Source: Verrucomicrobiota bacterium
GTDB lineage: Bacteria; Verrucomicrobiota; Verrucomicrobiia; Limisphaerales; AAA164-E04
Direction: 5' to 3'
Length of the DNA stretch: 64,000 nt
Assembly (NCBI GenBank): GCA_047947115.1
Contig: CP170459.1
Span: forward strand, 5,408,001 to 5,472,000
Made by a program: the position numbers and the translations under genes. Position 1 is the first letter of the stretch. Each line of letters opens with the position of its first letter. The notes beneath the pieces are model-generated. The model was not told where the DNA came from. It was given only the letters and a program-made list of their open reading frames with translations, and made no database searches. This document shows positions 51,834 through 60,939 of the stretch, in pieces.

Positions 51834-52529
51834 TCAAAATTCGGCGAACCCTTCAAAAACCAGATCAAACACAACCGGGATCTGCTCCTCACCACCTTCC
51901 ACCGCCCCATTGGCCTTCACGCGCAATGCATGATGATCCGGAGCAGGCTCCTGTAGAGAGGGCGTCGAACCGGCATCCCCATCCACCGGGCGGAGACTCA
52001 GAATGACCGGGTGATCAGAGACCGTGTCAAAACTGCTGGCTTTTACAAGTGATTTGTAACCGTCGATTCCGTCCAGTTGGGTGTCCTTCTCGGCGGGCAC
52101 GAGCACACCAAAATGGCGGAAGTCGGATGTTCCGAGGTGGTTCCCATCATTGGGCCGGATGCCATAACGAATGATAAAGGTGTTTTCGAAGAGTTCATCA
52201 TCCCGGTAATCACGATGCTCCTCCAACACTTCCACCACCCCCAGAACGGAAGGTTGCACGAATTGATCCAGCCCATTGCCAGGAGTATCCGGTTTGGCCT
52301 TCAGTTTGATGGCTTTGCCGAACCAGAAACGGTACAGTGTTTTGTCGCCTTTGGATATTTCATAAACCGACGAACTCAAACTGCCGGCAATTTCAATCGA
52401 GACGGATTCTGGAGGTTTACTCTCTTTGGTTTTTAAACTGAAATCCGCAGCAAGGGTAAATTGGGCCGTGGCGATCAAAACACCGGCTGCCATCCATAGT
52501 GAAGTTCGTAAGGTCGTCAACGTTTCCAT
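51834..52529 (-). CDS. Secreted hypothetical protein
   Basis: Signal peptide; DYR...P.DGNHLG.S..R.F motif, HP.ILSL. Confidence 0.75.
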   Translation of the reverse strand: METLTTLRTSLWMAAGVLIATAQFTLAADFSLKTKESKPPESVSIEIAGSLSSSVYEISKGDKTLYRFWFGKAIKLKAKPDTPGNGLDQFVQPSVLGVVEVLEEHRDYRDDELFENTFIIRYGIRPNDGNHLGTSDFRHFGVLVPAEKDTQLDGIDGYKSLVKASSFDTVSDHPVILSLRPVDGDAGSTPSLQEPAPDHHALRVKANGAVEGGEEQIPVVFDLVFEGFAEF

Positions 52530-52549
52530 AATCAAATTTAATCAGTAAC

Positions 52550-52585
52550 AAGCAAAAGGGCCGGAAGAGGTTGATCTCCCGACCC
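52550..52585 (-). terminator. Probable terminator
   Basis: GGGUCGGGAGA[UCAACC]UCUUCCGGCCC-UUUUGCUU. Confidence 0.6.
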
Positions 52586-52608
52586 GGTTAAGGACGTTAA
52601 GGCTGCGA

Positions 52609-53280
52609 TCAATATTCGAATGATGCAAGGTAGGCACCACGCTGAGAAGTCAAACTCCAGGTCACATCCAGATCACTCCCCTGGTAAGCAGCCACTTCAG
52701 TGTAAGCAGGAATCGGATGTGCCACTCTGGTGAGCGGCGGGTAAAATAATTCTTCATTCCCGCAAATGTGATCGTGTGCCCCCATGCACCGGGTAGATAC
52801 TTCGACGATGCCTTCCGCCTTGATAGTACTGCAACCGCTTTTGTTACAGGCACCAATGGTGCTTTCGATGGAAGATGTATGCACCGCGACCACTTCGGAA
52901 ACCAAGTCGCCAGCCCTGGCGGCGGCAAACCCCACCAGAGCATCACGCTGGATGGCATTGGCTTTGGAATCCACAATCATCACGGAACGACCCTTGCGAG
53001 GACGAAAGGAGGTATCTCCCATGGTTTCCCGGGTTCTGACCACCGCAATCACGCTGAGGCCATTGAGTTCCACACCGTTCCAGCGACCTTCGCGGATGGT
53101 CCAGACAAGGATGCCTTCCTTGCCGGTCAACCCCATCTCCGCATTGGCGAAACAAGGTCCGGTGAAGACATCGCAGGATCTTACCTCAAGGTAATCGCCA
53201 GTGATGGCGTGTGCTGAAGTCATGCCGCATAACAGCCACGCGGCAACGCTTCCCGTTGCTAGCAGGTTTCTGAGTCTCAT
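52609..53280 (-). CDS. Secreted Cys-rich DUF1326-like protein
   Basis: Signal peptide; GDYLEVRSCDVFTGPCFANAE, later C..H..CGNE..FYPPL. Confidence 0.7.
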   Translation of the reverse strand: MRLRNLLATGSVAAWLLCGMTSAHAITGDYLEVRSCDVFTGPCFANAEMGLTGKEGILVWTIREGRWNGVELNGLSVIAVVRTRETMGDTSFRPRKGRSVMIVDSKANAIQRDALVGFAAARAGDLVSEVVAVHTSSIESTIGACNKSGCSTIKAEGIVEVSTRCMGAHDHICGNEELFYPPLTRVAHPIPAYTEVAAYQGSDLDVTWSLTSQRGAYLASFEY

Positions 53281-53348
53281 GATGTTGTTGCTTTATCGTT
53301 GAGCCGGGGTGTTGGTCCGTAACACCCCGGCCGGATTAAATACAGTTA

Positions 53349-53561
53349 TCAAGACTGATAACACGAGCGACCGGAACAGCAACTGGATTTTTCAACCGGT
53401 TCGCCGTCGAGGCCGAACGATTCATGCGATTTACCGCACCAATACTGCCCGCTGCCGCCGTCTTGTTGATTGTATTCACCCAACGCCTGATGGAACATTT
53501 CATTGCAGCGCAGGTGGCGGCAAGGGATCTGAATGACTGAATGGGATGTCTGTTCACTCAT
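53349..53561 (-). CDS. Small Cys-rich hypothetical protein (70 aa)
   Basis: Strong RBS (AAAGGAG) upstream; CRHLRCNEMFH...YWC...FGLDG...CCSGRSCY. Confidence 0.72.
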   Translation of the reverse strand: MSEQTSHSVIQIPCRHLRCNEMFHQALGEYNQQDGGSGQYWCGKSHESFGLDGEPVEKSSCCSGRSCYQS

Positions 53562-53575
53562 GATGTTCACTCCTT

Positions 53576-54559
53576 TCAACTTTGCGCGGCAGCCATGACG
53601 GCTCGTTTGACAGCGGCCTTTACCATATGCATTTTAAAGCCGTTTCGGCTCAGCGGACGTGCCCCACGTACGGCGGCCTCTGCACATTTTTCGGCCAACT
53701 CGTCATCAATGACCGATCCATTCAACAGATTGGAAGCATGAATGGCAGGCCACGGACGAGGTGCCACGTGTCCCAGCACGATCGATCCTCCATCAGCACG
53801 CCCATCCTTCGCCTGAAAAGCGACCGAGGCGGTGACATAAGGCCAGTCCAATCCGGATCGATGCCGAACTTCGTAAGTAGCGTTCTTCAAGCCGGAAGCG
53901 GGGATGCTGACCGATTCCACCAAGTCATTGGCGCCAAGAATGGTTTCCCTCTCCATTTCCGAGGAAGGAGTTTTGAAAAACTCGGCGGCCCCCACGGTGC
54001 GGATCACTCCTCGCCCTGTCCCCATCGCAATGTTGACGTGAGCTCCGAGGGCGGCCAAGGCAGGCCCCAGACTGGATGGGCTCACGAACAAGGCTGGTCC
54101 GTCGTTGCCAAATATGGCGTGATACCGATTATCACCTTCTTCAATAAGCGAAACACCATCTTTGGTGGGAAACAAGCCCATTCCATTTCGGAAGAACCAA
54201 CAACGGGGACGTTGGCACAAATCACCGCCCACGGTCCCCAAGGCCCTCATCTGAGCACTGCCGATGCCCTTGACAGCTGTGACCAGTGACGGAAACTGCC
54301 GTTGGACGGCGGGATGCGCGGCAAGGTCTTTCAGGGACACCATGGCGCCGATGGTCACTTCCTTTTGGGAGACCTCGATGCGTTTCAACGAAGGAATATT
54401 TTTAAGGCTCACCAGGCGTTTAGGCTGTGTTATCCCCTGTTTCATGCAGGTGATCAGGTCCATACCGCCCGCCAACACTTCAGATTCTCCACGCCCACCT
54501 GTCAAAAAGCCAACGGCCTCCTGAATCGAATCCGGCGCTACGTATTCAAATGATTTCAT
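53576..54559 (-). CDS. Xanthine dehydrogenase-family FAD-binding subunit (PaoB/YagS-like)
   Basis: MKSFEYVAP, AGGMDL, TVGGDLCQRPRC, LGHVAPRPW, PLSRNGFK. Confidence 0.9.
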   Translation of the reverse strand: MKSFEYVAPDSIQEAVGFLTGGRGESEVLAGGMDLITCMKQGITQPKRLVSLKNIPSLKRIEVSQKEVTIGAMVSLKDLAAHPAVQRQFPSLVTAVKGIGSAQMRALGTVGGDLCQRPRCWFFRNGMGLFPTKDGVSLIEEGDNRYHAIFGNDGPALFVSPSSLGPALAALGAHVNIAMGTGRGVIRTVGAAEFFKTPSSEMERETILGANDLVESVSIPASGLKNATYEVRHRSGLDWPYVTASVAFQAKDGRADGGSIVLGHVAPRPWPAIHASNLLNGSVIDDELAEKCAEAAVRGARPLSRNGFKMHMVKAAVKRAVMAAAQS

Positions 54560-56697
54560 GCGATGTTTCCTCCCTTCTGCAAAGCGTCGATGACTCGATC
54601 CGGCGTTAACGGCAGGTGTGGCACCCGCACGCCGATGGCGTTGGCCACCGCATTGGAGATCGCCGCCCCCGGCGAAATCACCGGAGGTTCGCCCAAGCCA
54701 ATGACACCACGTTCGTCGTATCCCTTTCCTGTCATCATGTGCACCTTGAGTTTTCCGACATCCTTGATGCCGGCGAGTCGATAGAATTCCATGTCGGCAT
54801 TGAGCATTTGTCCGGTCTTTGGATCATACACGGATTCCTCGAACAGGGAATAAGTAATCCCCATGATCAAGGCTCCATAAACCTGACTTTCGGCCAACTT
54901 CATGTTGATGATCAATCCGATATCCTGAACCGCCACCATTTCGTTGACCGAAACCACGCCGGTTTCAATATCCACCGAAACATCGGCAATCTGGACCCCG
55001 CCCACACCTGCATCGATCAATCCTTCCTCGACACTGGCATTGGGATCATTCACACCGCGTTTGTTGATGGTATTGGCCCCGAGAGCCGCGCAGGCGTCCT
55101 TCCAGGAAATGCGGTTGTCCGTCTTGTCAATCTGACGAATATGGCCGTCAATCGCTTCCAGATTATCGGCAGTTGTTCCCAGGCGACCTGCGACCACTTG
55201 AAGCAGCGCGTTCAAAGCATCGGTTGCCGCCCTGCGAGAGGAAACCGAAATACCGCCAATGGTCGTGCTTCCCCCGGAAGCACCCGACGCGGGGTAAGCG
55301 TTGCGTCCCAACTGGACTTGAACCACATCGTGAGGCAACCCCAGGGTCTCACCTACCACCATGCCAACGCAGGTGCGTGTCCCGACGCCAAGATCCTGAG
55401 ATCCCAGCTTTGCCTCAACAGTGCCGTCCGAGTGAATCGAAACGTCGCATTCCGAGGGGTGTCCTCGCCCGCCCCAAGTATGCAGGGAGATACCCAGCCC
55501 GCGTTTGACCGGACCAGATGTCAAATTATCACGCAAATGTGCCTTCTGGCGGTAACCGATGATGTTGGCGGCGATGCGCAATTCTTCACGATAAACCTCG
55601 GGGCGATCGGTCAATGCCGTATTGGCCAGGAAGAAGTCCAGCTCGTCCATTCCCAGCAAGGCTGCAGCGTCGGCGGCAGCAGACATGGTGATCAGGCATC
55701 CCTGCGGATGAGCCGGTGCCCGCCAGGCTCGGGAACTGCCGGTGTTGGTCCGGATTCCCTTGGTGAGCAATCGGGTGTTCTCCACCTTGGTAAAAACGTA
55801 TGGAACCGGCAAAGCTCGAAAACCACCGTTTCCTCCAGTCCCCCACACCTCCGCTTCAACCGCGCTGATCAAACCGTTCGGATGCAGCCCCACCCGAGCG
55901 TTTGCGAATGCGGAGGGACGAGAACCCGCTACCTTCAGTTCGGTGTCACGTTCCAGCATCAATTTGACAGCACGTCCGGTTTTCTGAGCCAGTTTCGCAC
56001 AGAGAATCCCCCAGTTATCCACACCAAATTTGGAACCAAAACCTCCACCCATGTGCTGGCAGTCCACTTTGACCTGATTCTGGGGTATGTTGACAGCATC
56101 GCCGAATTGACCGGCGTATCCGGACACGTTTTGTGTGGAAGGCCAGGCCAACAGCTCGTTGTCCTTGGTGATTTCGATCACCTGACCATGAGATTCGAGA
56201 CAGCAGTGGGTAATGATGGCCATCCCGTAGTGACCTTTGGAAACAACAGCGGCCGCTTCAAAGGCTTTGTCTACATCACCCTCAGAACGTTCACCCACGC
56301 GACCGTCAAATTGCCCCAGGTCCGAATCCACCACCTGGTGCTCGAGCAACTCCACATTGAGCTTGACCATATTACGGGCTTCAATGGCTTGCTCCTCGGT
56401 TTCCGCAACCACGGCACCCACCACCTGGCCGCAATAGCGAATTTCTTCGCCGATCAAATCTTCCTGTATCTCCGCAGCAACGTAACCGGCAACACCTTCC
56501 GCCGCCGACAAGTCGACACTGATCAACTTGGCATGCGCGTAAGGCGAGGTAATGGCCTTCGCGTGCAACATGCCTTTGCGGTTGATATCGTAGGAATATT
56601 TTGCTTCACCAGACACTTTGACAGGACCATCGACGCGGCTGATGCGCTTGCCGATGACACTGCGATCGCCCTCTTTGGGCCATGCGACATTAGCCAT
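54556..56697 (-). CDS. Xanthine dehydrogenase-family molybdopterin-binding subunit (PaoC/YagR-like)
   Basis: KVSGEAKY, GGGFGSK, AWRAP, QDLGVG, SGGS, GLGEP..., PLTPDRV. Confidence 0.93.
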   Translation of the reverse strand: MANVAWPKEGDRSVIGKRISRVDGPVKVSGEAKYSYDINRKGMLHAKAITSPYAHAKLISVDLSAAEGVAGYVAAEIQEDLIGEEIRYCGQVVGAVVAETEEQAIEARNMVKLNVELLEHQVVDSDLGQFDGRVGERSEGDVDKAFEAAAVVSKGHYGMAIITHCCLESHGQVIEITKDNELLAWPSTQNVSGYAGQFGDAVNIPQNQVKVDCQHMGGGFGSKFGVDNWGILCAKLAQKTGRAVKLMLERDTELKVAGSRPSAFANARVGLHPNGLISAVEAEVWGTGGNGGFRALPVPYVFTKVENTRLLTKGIRTNTGSSRAWRAPAHPQGCLITMSAAADAAALLGMDELDFFLANTALTDRPEVYREELRIAANIIGYRQKAHLRDNLTSGPVKRGLGISLHTWGGRGHPSECDVSIHSDGTVEAKLGSQDLGVGTRTCVGMVVGETLGLPHDVVQVQLGRNAYPASGASGGSTTIGGISVSSRRAATDALNALLQVVAGRLGTTADNLEAIDGHIRQIDKTDNRISWKDACAALGANTINKRGVNDPNASVEEGLIDAGVGGVQIADVSVDIETGVVSVNEMVAVQDIGLIINMKLAESQVYGALIMGITYSLFEESVYDPKTGQMLNADMEFYRLAGIKDVGKLKVHMMTGKGYDERGVIGLGEPPVISPGAAISNAVANAIGVRVPHLPLTPDRVIDALQKGGNIA

Positions 56698-57319
56698 TGG
56701 AACCTCCTTTGTTTTTGGCTGCGTCCGATACTGCCAGCATCATGCCGGCATAGGTGCCGCAACGACATAAATTACCACCGAGCCCCTCCCTCACTTCGTC
56801 CACCGTTGCATTGGGGTTGTCTCGAACGAACGCTGTGGAGGCCATCACAAATCCGGGCGTACAAAAACCACACTGTTGGGCATCCCGCTCGACAAAGGAT
56901 TCCTGAACTTTGGTCAGGTTCTTGGAGGATCCGAGGCCTTCCACCGTGGTGACGGCGCGCCCTTCTGCTTCAACCGCCAAAACCGAACAGGCATATACCG
57001 GATCTCCGTCCAGCAACACCGTGCAGGCCCCGCATGTCGCCTTATCGCAGACCTTTTTGGCGCCTGTGATGTCAAGTCGATTCCTCATTAGATCCAGAAG
57101 GGTCACCCTGGGTTCCACACGAACACGGTGCGTTTTTCCATTGATGTTGAGTGTGATGGGGATCTCTCCGGGGCCTTTGATCCCTTTCTGAGCCGCTTGA
57201 GCGTCATGCATGCTCGCCTCGGACAGAAGCCCGGTCGCCGCGCCGCCTGCACCGATGCCCTTCAGAAATCCACGACGGGACATTTCTGAGAAGTCGGAAT
57301 GATTTTGTTCCTTTGCCAT
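56690..57319 (-). CDS. [2Fe-2S]-binding subunit with Tat signal (PaoA/YagT-like)
   Basis: SRRGFLK; CDKATCGAC...C, QCGFCTPG, NLCRCG. Confidence 0.95.
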   Translation of the reverse strand: MAKEQNHSDFSEMSRRGFLKGIGAGGAATGLLSEASMHDAQAAQKGIKGPGEIPITLNINGKTHRVRVEPRVTLLDLMRNRLDITGAKKVCDKATCGACTVLLDGDPVYACSVLAVEAEGRAVTTVEGLGSSKNLTKVQESFVERDAQQCGFCTPGFVMASTAFVRDNPNATVDEVREGLGGNLCRCGTYAGMMLAVSDAAKNKGGSNG

Positions 57320-57486
57320 TTAATTGCCTTTCCAGTTGGGTTTTGTCCTCACGTCAATCCGCAGCGTGCACAAATTGTCACACCAACTCCCGAGGAGCAT
57401 GATTGACTGACGTCACTGGGTAATGACTTGCCATCGTGCAGGAGAAAAGGCAGATTTGCCAGTAAATTTTCCCGAAAAGAAAACGT

Positions 57487-58227
57487 ATGCAGAGCAGGAA
57501 TGGGCATCTTTGGAAGTTAGCATTAGCCATCGGGTTTTCCGTTGGTTGGGCTCCGACTTTGGACTTGAAGGCCGAAACCTCCCAGAACAAAAACGCAGCA
57601 ACTTCCATCAGCGGCACCGTCAGTTACCAGACGGATGCACAGCACCCATGGCGATTCGGACGCTACTACATCAAAGGCAAAGACAAGCACCTTGCCGAAG
57701 CCGTCGTGGAACTCATCCCGGTTTCACCCAACACATCCTTTCCGCCTCAAATAAACAGAACTCCCAAAACCTATCTCATGGACCAGGAGAATTTCATGTT
57801 TGTTCCGGAAACACTGGCTGTTCAACTGGGAGACAAAGTTCGTTTCAAAAACAGTGAAGAAGCGTTTCACAATGTGATGTGCCTGGATGATAAGCCGCCC
57901 TTCAACGTGAATCTCGCCAAGGGACAGGAGTACATCCACGAACCAAAAGTGGCCGATGGCACCCTAAAACCACTGAACATCCGTTGCGTATTTCATGGTT
58001 CAATGAAGGGTTGGCTGGTAGTGGTTCCACATCAACATTACAAATTGACCGACGCCTCGGGGGCCTTCCAATTCAAGAACTTTCCAGCCGGCACCTACAA
58101 ATTGCGTGTCATCCATCCTGCGGGAGACTTGGTTCTGGAAACGGACGCACGCGAAATCACGGAAGGCGGTTCAATCCAATGGAACATCGCCCTTTCCCCG
58201 GATCATTTAAGAAAAACAAAACAATAA
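57487..58227 (+). CDS. Secreted cupredoxin-like protein with a carboxypeptidase-regulatory-like C-terminal domain
   Basis: Signal peptide; MDQENFMFVP, FKNS...HNV, CVFHGSM (H...C-x2-H-x2-M), TDASGAF...PAGTY. Confidence 0.75.
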   Translation: MQSRNGHLWKLALAIGFSVGWAPTLDLKAETSQNKNAATSISGTVSYQTDAQHPWRFGRYYIKGKDKHLAEAVVELIPVSPNTSFPPQINRTPKTYLMDQENFMFVPETLAVQLGDKVRFKNSEEAFHNVMCLDDKPPFNVNLAKGQEYIHEPKVADGTLKPLNIRCVFHGSMKGWLVVVPHQHYKLTDASGAFQFKNFPAGTYKLRVIHPAGDLVLETDAREITEGGSIQWNIALSPDHLRKTKQ

Positions 58228-58267
58228 ACCAGATCAACAATCAAAAGCATTCCACTCTTCTCAGCTC

Positions 58268-59497
58268 ATGAAAGATCCCATGTCATCCACCGATTCAAAC
58301 ACCTCACCTGTATCTCATCAAATCAACCGACGCCAGGCCATTGAACGTGGTTTGAAATGGGCGGGCGTGGGCATGACCCTTCCGGGATCGGCATGGGCTG
58401 CCTTTGATCGACAACGCCCAGATGAGGAATCCGTTCCATTCGAGGACACTCCCAGAGCACGTGAAAACCGACTGGACTGGGAGATGCTCAATGACTGGAT
58501 CACCCCTCAAAACCAGGTGTTCAACGTTCAGCACTACGGCATGCCTGAATTTGACGCTTCCAAATTTCAATTAACCATCGACGGACTGGTCGGCAACCCC
58601 ATGACTCTTTCCATGGATGACATCCGTGCTCTGCCGAAAAAAGAACAACCCATGACACTCGAATGCTCCGGCAACGGCTCGAACAAGGGGTTCATGGACG
58701 CCATCTACAACAGCAAATGGGGCGGCACTCCCCTTGCCTCGCTCCTGGAAAAATGTGAACTCGATCCAAAAGCCATCGAGGTTGTTTTTTACGGCAAAGA
58801 CACCAAGGAAGAAATCCTGAGACCCGGCACCAACCGGGAGCTCAAAATTGAAGTCCCCTACGGACGCAGCATGACACTGGAAGATGCCATGAACCTGCCA
58901 TTGCTCCTGGCTTACGAACGCAACGGCGCTCCCATGGAATATCGCAACGGCGCCCCGCTTCGACTCATCGTTCCGGGCTGGTATGGGGTCGCCAACGTCA
59001 AATGGCTGACCCGAATCGAATTGCGCGACCGTCGCTACATGGGGCGTTACATGGCCCGCGATTATGTCACCGTGCGCGGTGAACGCAGGAATAAGGAGGA
59101 CATCACCTTCGTGGAAACCTCTGTCACCCGCATGAACCTGAAATCCGTCATCGCCAGAGTCACCCGACGCCCCACTCAAAACGGAATTATCCCGCTTCGG
59201 GCCTACGGAGCGGCATGGGGCGACGGCACCGGGCTGGATCGGGTCGAAGTAAGATTAAACAACGGCAATTGGCAGCGTGCGGAGTGGGACACTTCCATTC
59301 CTCAGGAAAAATATTGCTGGAGGTTTTTCTGGATCGACCTCGGTGATGTTCCCCCGGGTGATCACACACTCGTTTCCCGGGCCATTGACGCGAACGGCCG
59401 CATACAGCCATCCGCAGACGACGATGAAATCGCACTGAAGAAGACTTACTGGGAAGCTTACCAGCAGTGGCCGCGCAAAATCGTGCTGGAATCATAG
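58268..59497 (+). CDS. Sulfite oxidase-family molybdoenzyme, probable Tat substrate
   Basis: NRRQAI; TLECSGN, GAPLRLIVPGWYGVANVKWL, SRAIDANGRIQP. Confidence 0.9.
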   Translation: MKDPMSSTDSNTSPVSHQINRRQAIERGLKWAGVGMTLPGSAWAAFDRQRPDEESVPFEDTPRARENRLDWEMLNDWITPQNQVFNVQHYGMPEFDASKFQLTIDGLVGNPMTLSMDDIRALPKKEQPMTLECSGNGSNKGFMDAIYNSKWGGTPLASLLEKCELDPKAIEVVFYGKDTKEEILRPGTNRELKIEVPYGRSMTLEDAMNLPLLLAYERNGAPMEYRNGAPLRLIVPGWYGVANVKWLTRIELRDRRYMGRYMARDYVTVRGERRNKEDITFVETSVTRMNLKSVIARVTRRPTQNGIIPLRAYGAAWGDGTGLDRVEVRLNNGNWQRAEWDTSIPQEKYCWRFFWIDLGDVPPGDHTLVSRAIDANGRIQPSADDDEIALKKTYWEAYQQWPRKIVLES

Positions 59498-59564
59498 GAA
59501 TGGAGCAAGGCCCAACCAGCTTGTAGTGGGAAACAAAACGAGGTAGATTCCATCAGGACCGGGC

Positions 59565-60500
59565 ATGACGGAGTTCGACAAGGAATCATTAAAGGTGTCA
59601 GGACGAGGGTCGCGAAAAATTCCGCGGTCATTCAAGGAGCTGACCCCCACCAAAGCATTTAATCCGGCGACCTTTTTTTATGAAATGGTCTGGAAGGCGT
59701 TCCTCACCAAACGATCCGGCGAACACAAAAAACCGGACTTCCCGGTCATCCAAAATGACGAACTGGCTTTGACTTGGATTGGACACGCATCCTTCCTGAT
59801 TCAGTTCAGGGACATGAACGCCATGGTGGACCCCAATTTCGCCAATTGGTTATTCTGGCAAAAACGCGTTCGCAAGACGGGGCTCAAATTACAGGATGTC
59901 CCCCCTCTGGATCTGGTCATGATCACACATGCCCATTTCGATCATTTCCACAAAGCCAGCCTGCGCAAGCTTCCCACTCGCATCGCTGTGGTTCCGTGGG
60001 GAGTGGGTGATTTGGTCAAAGGGCTCGGTTTTGAAAGGGTGGTCGAACTGGAGTGGTGGGAAAGCTTTTCACACGGAGACTGGAAAGTCACCTTCACCCC
60101 GAGCAAACATTGGGGCGCACGAGTCATTCATGACGACCATCGGGGCTTTGGAGGATATGTGCTGGAACACAGCGGTCGACGGATCTACCACGCCGGCGAC
60201 AGCGCTTACTTCAACGGCTTTCATGAAATCGGAAAACGATGTCAACCCGAGATTGCACTCCTTCCGATCGGTGCCTACTTTCCCGATTCATTCCGACGTG
60301 TGCACATGGGACCGGATGAGGCCCTGCAGACATTCAAAGACCTGAAAGCATCCTGGATGGTACCTATGCATTACGGATCTTTCAAATTGTCCTTTGAAGA
60401 CATGGATGAACCACCCCGTTGGTTGGGCGAACTTGCGGAGGAACAGGGCTTGACCGATCAAATCAAGGTCATGGAAGAAGGGGTGCCACATGTCTTTTAA
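59565..60500 (+). CDS. MBL-fold metallo-hydrolase (NAPE-PLD/RomA-like)
   Basis: TWIGHAS, THAHFDH, HAGDSAY, LPIGAY, HMGP, PMHYG. Confidence 0.9.
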   Translation: MTEFDKESLKVSGRGSRKIPRSFKELTPTKAFNPATFFYEMVWKAFLTKRSGEHKKPDFPVIQNDELALTWIGHASFLIQFRDMNAMVDPNFANWLFWQKRVRKTGLKLQDVPPLDLVMITHAHFDHFHKASLRKLPTRIAVVPWGVGDLVKGLGFERVVELEWWESFSHGDWKVTFTPSKHWGARVIHDDHRGFGGYVLEHSGRRIYHAGDSAYFNGFHEIGKRCQPEIALLPIGAYFPDSFRRVHMGPDEALQTFKDLKASWMVPMHYGSFKLSFEDMDEPPRWLGELAEEQGLTDQIKVMEEGVPHVF

Positions 60501-60840
60501 AAGACATGTGTGGCCTGCATTAATCCTGACAACATTGATCTTTGCAGGATTCGCCACATTGCCAATACCTCTGTGGCTGGCCTACCTCGGTGCCATCAAT
60601 CTGGTGACGCTCGGATTTTACGGGTGGGATAAATGGAGAGCCATCAAGCAGAAATCGCGAACTCCTGAATGGAGTCTGCACCTGCTTGCCTTGTTGGGTG
60701 GCTCTCCCGGAGCCTGGGTTGCACAACAATTCTTTCGACACAAGACAATCAAACGATCCTTCCGCATCGTTTTTTGGACCATTGTCGCACTACAGATCAT
60801 CACATGGATACTCTGGTGGCGTTATCTGCGATCCCATTGA
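60490..60840 (+). CDS. DUF1294-domain membrane protein
   Basis: YGWDK.RA...RTPE..L...LGGSPGA......FRHKT.K. Confidence 0.9.
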   Translation: MSFKRHVWPALILTTLIFAGFATLPIPLWLAYLGAINLVTLGFYGWDKWRAIKQKSRTPEWSLHLLALLGGSPGAWVAQQFFRHKTIKRSFRIVFWTIVALQIITWILWWRYLRSH

Positions 60841-60939
60841 ACAGATACGTCCCTTTACCTTCGGAAGACTTGTGCCCGATACGGATTTTTTCTAGGATCT
60901 CCGCCTTTATCGAACAATCATGTATCAACACACCTGCTG

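Noticed and set aside
54616..56952. 778-aa plus-strand ORF
   Set aside because: Antisense shadow of the Mo and Fe-S subunit genes; no recognisable motifs.
57320..57486. Moco riboswitch between the molybdoenzyme arms
   Set aside because: The conserved elements could not be identified by eye.
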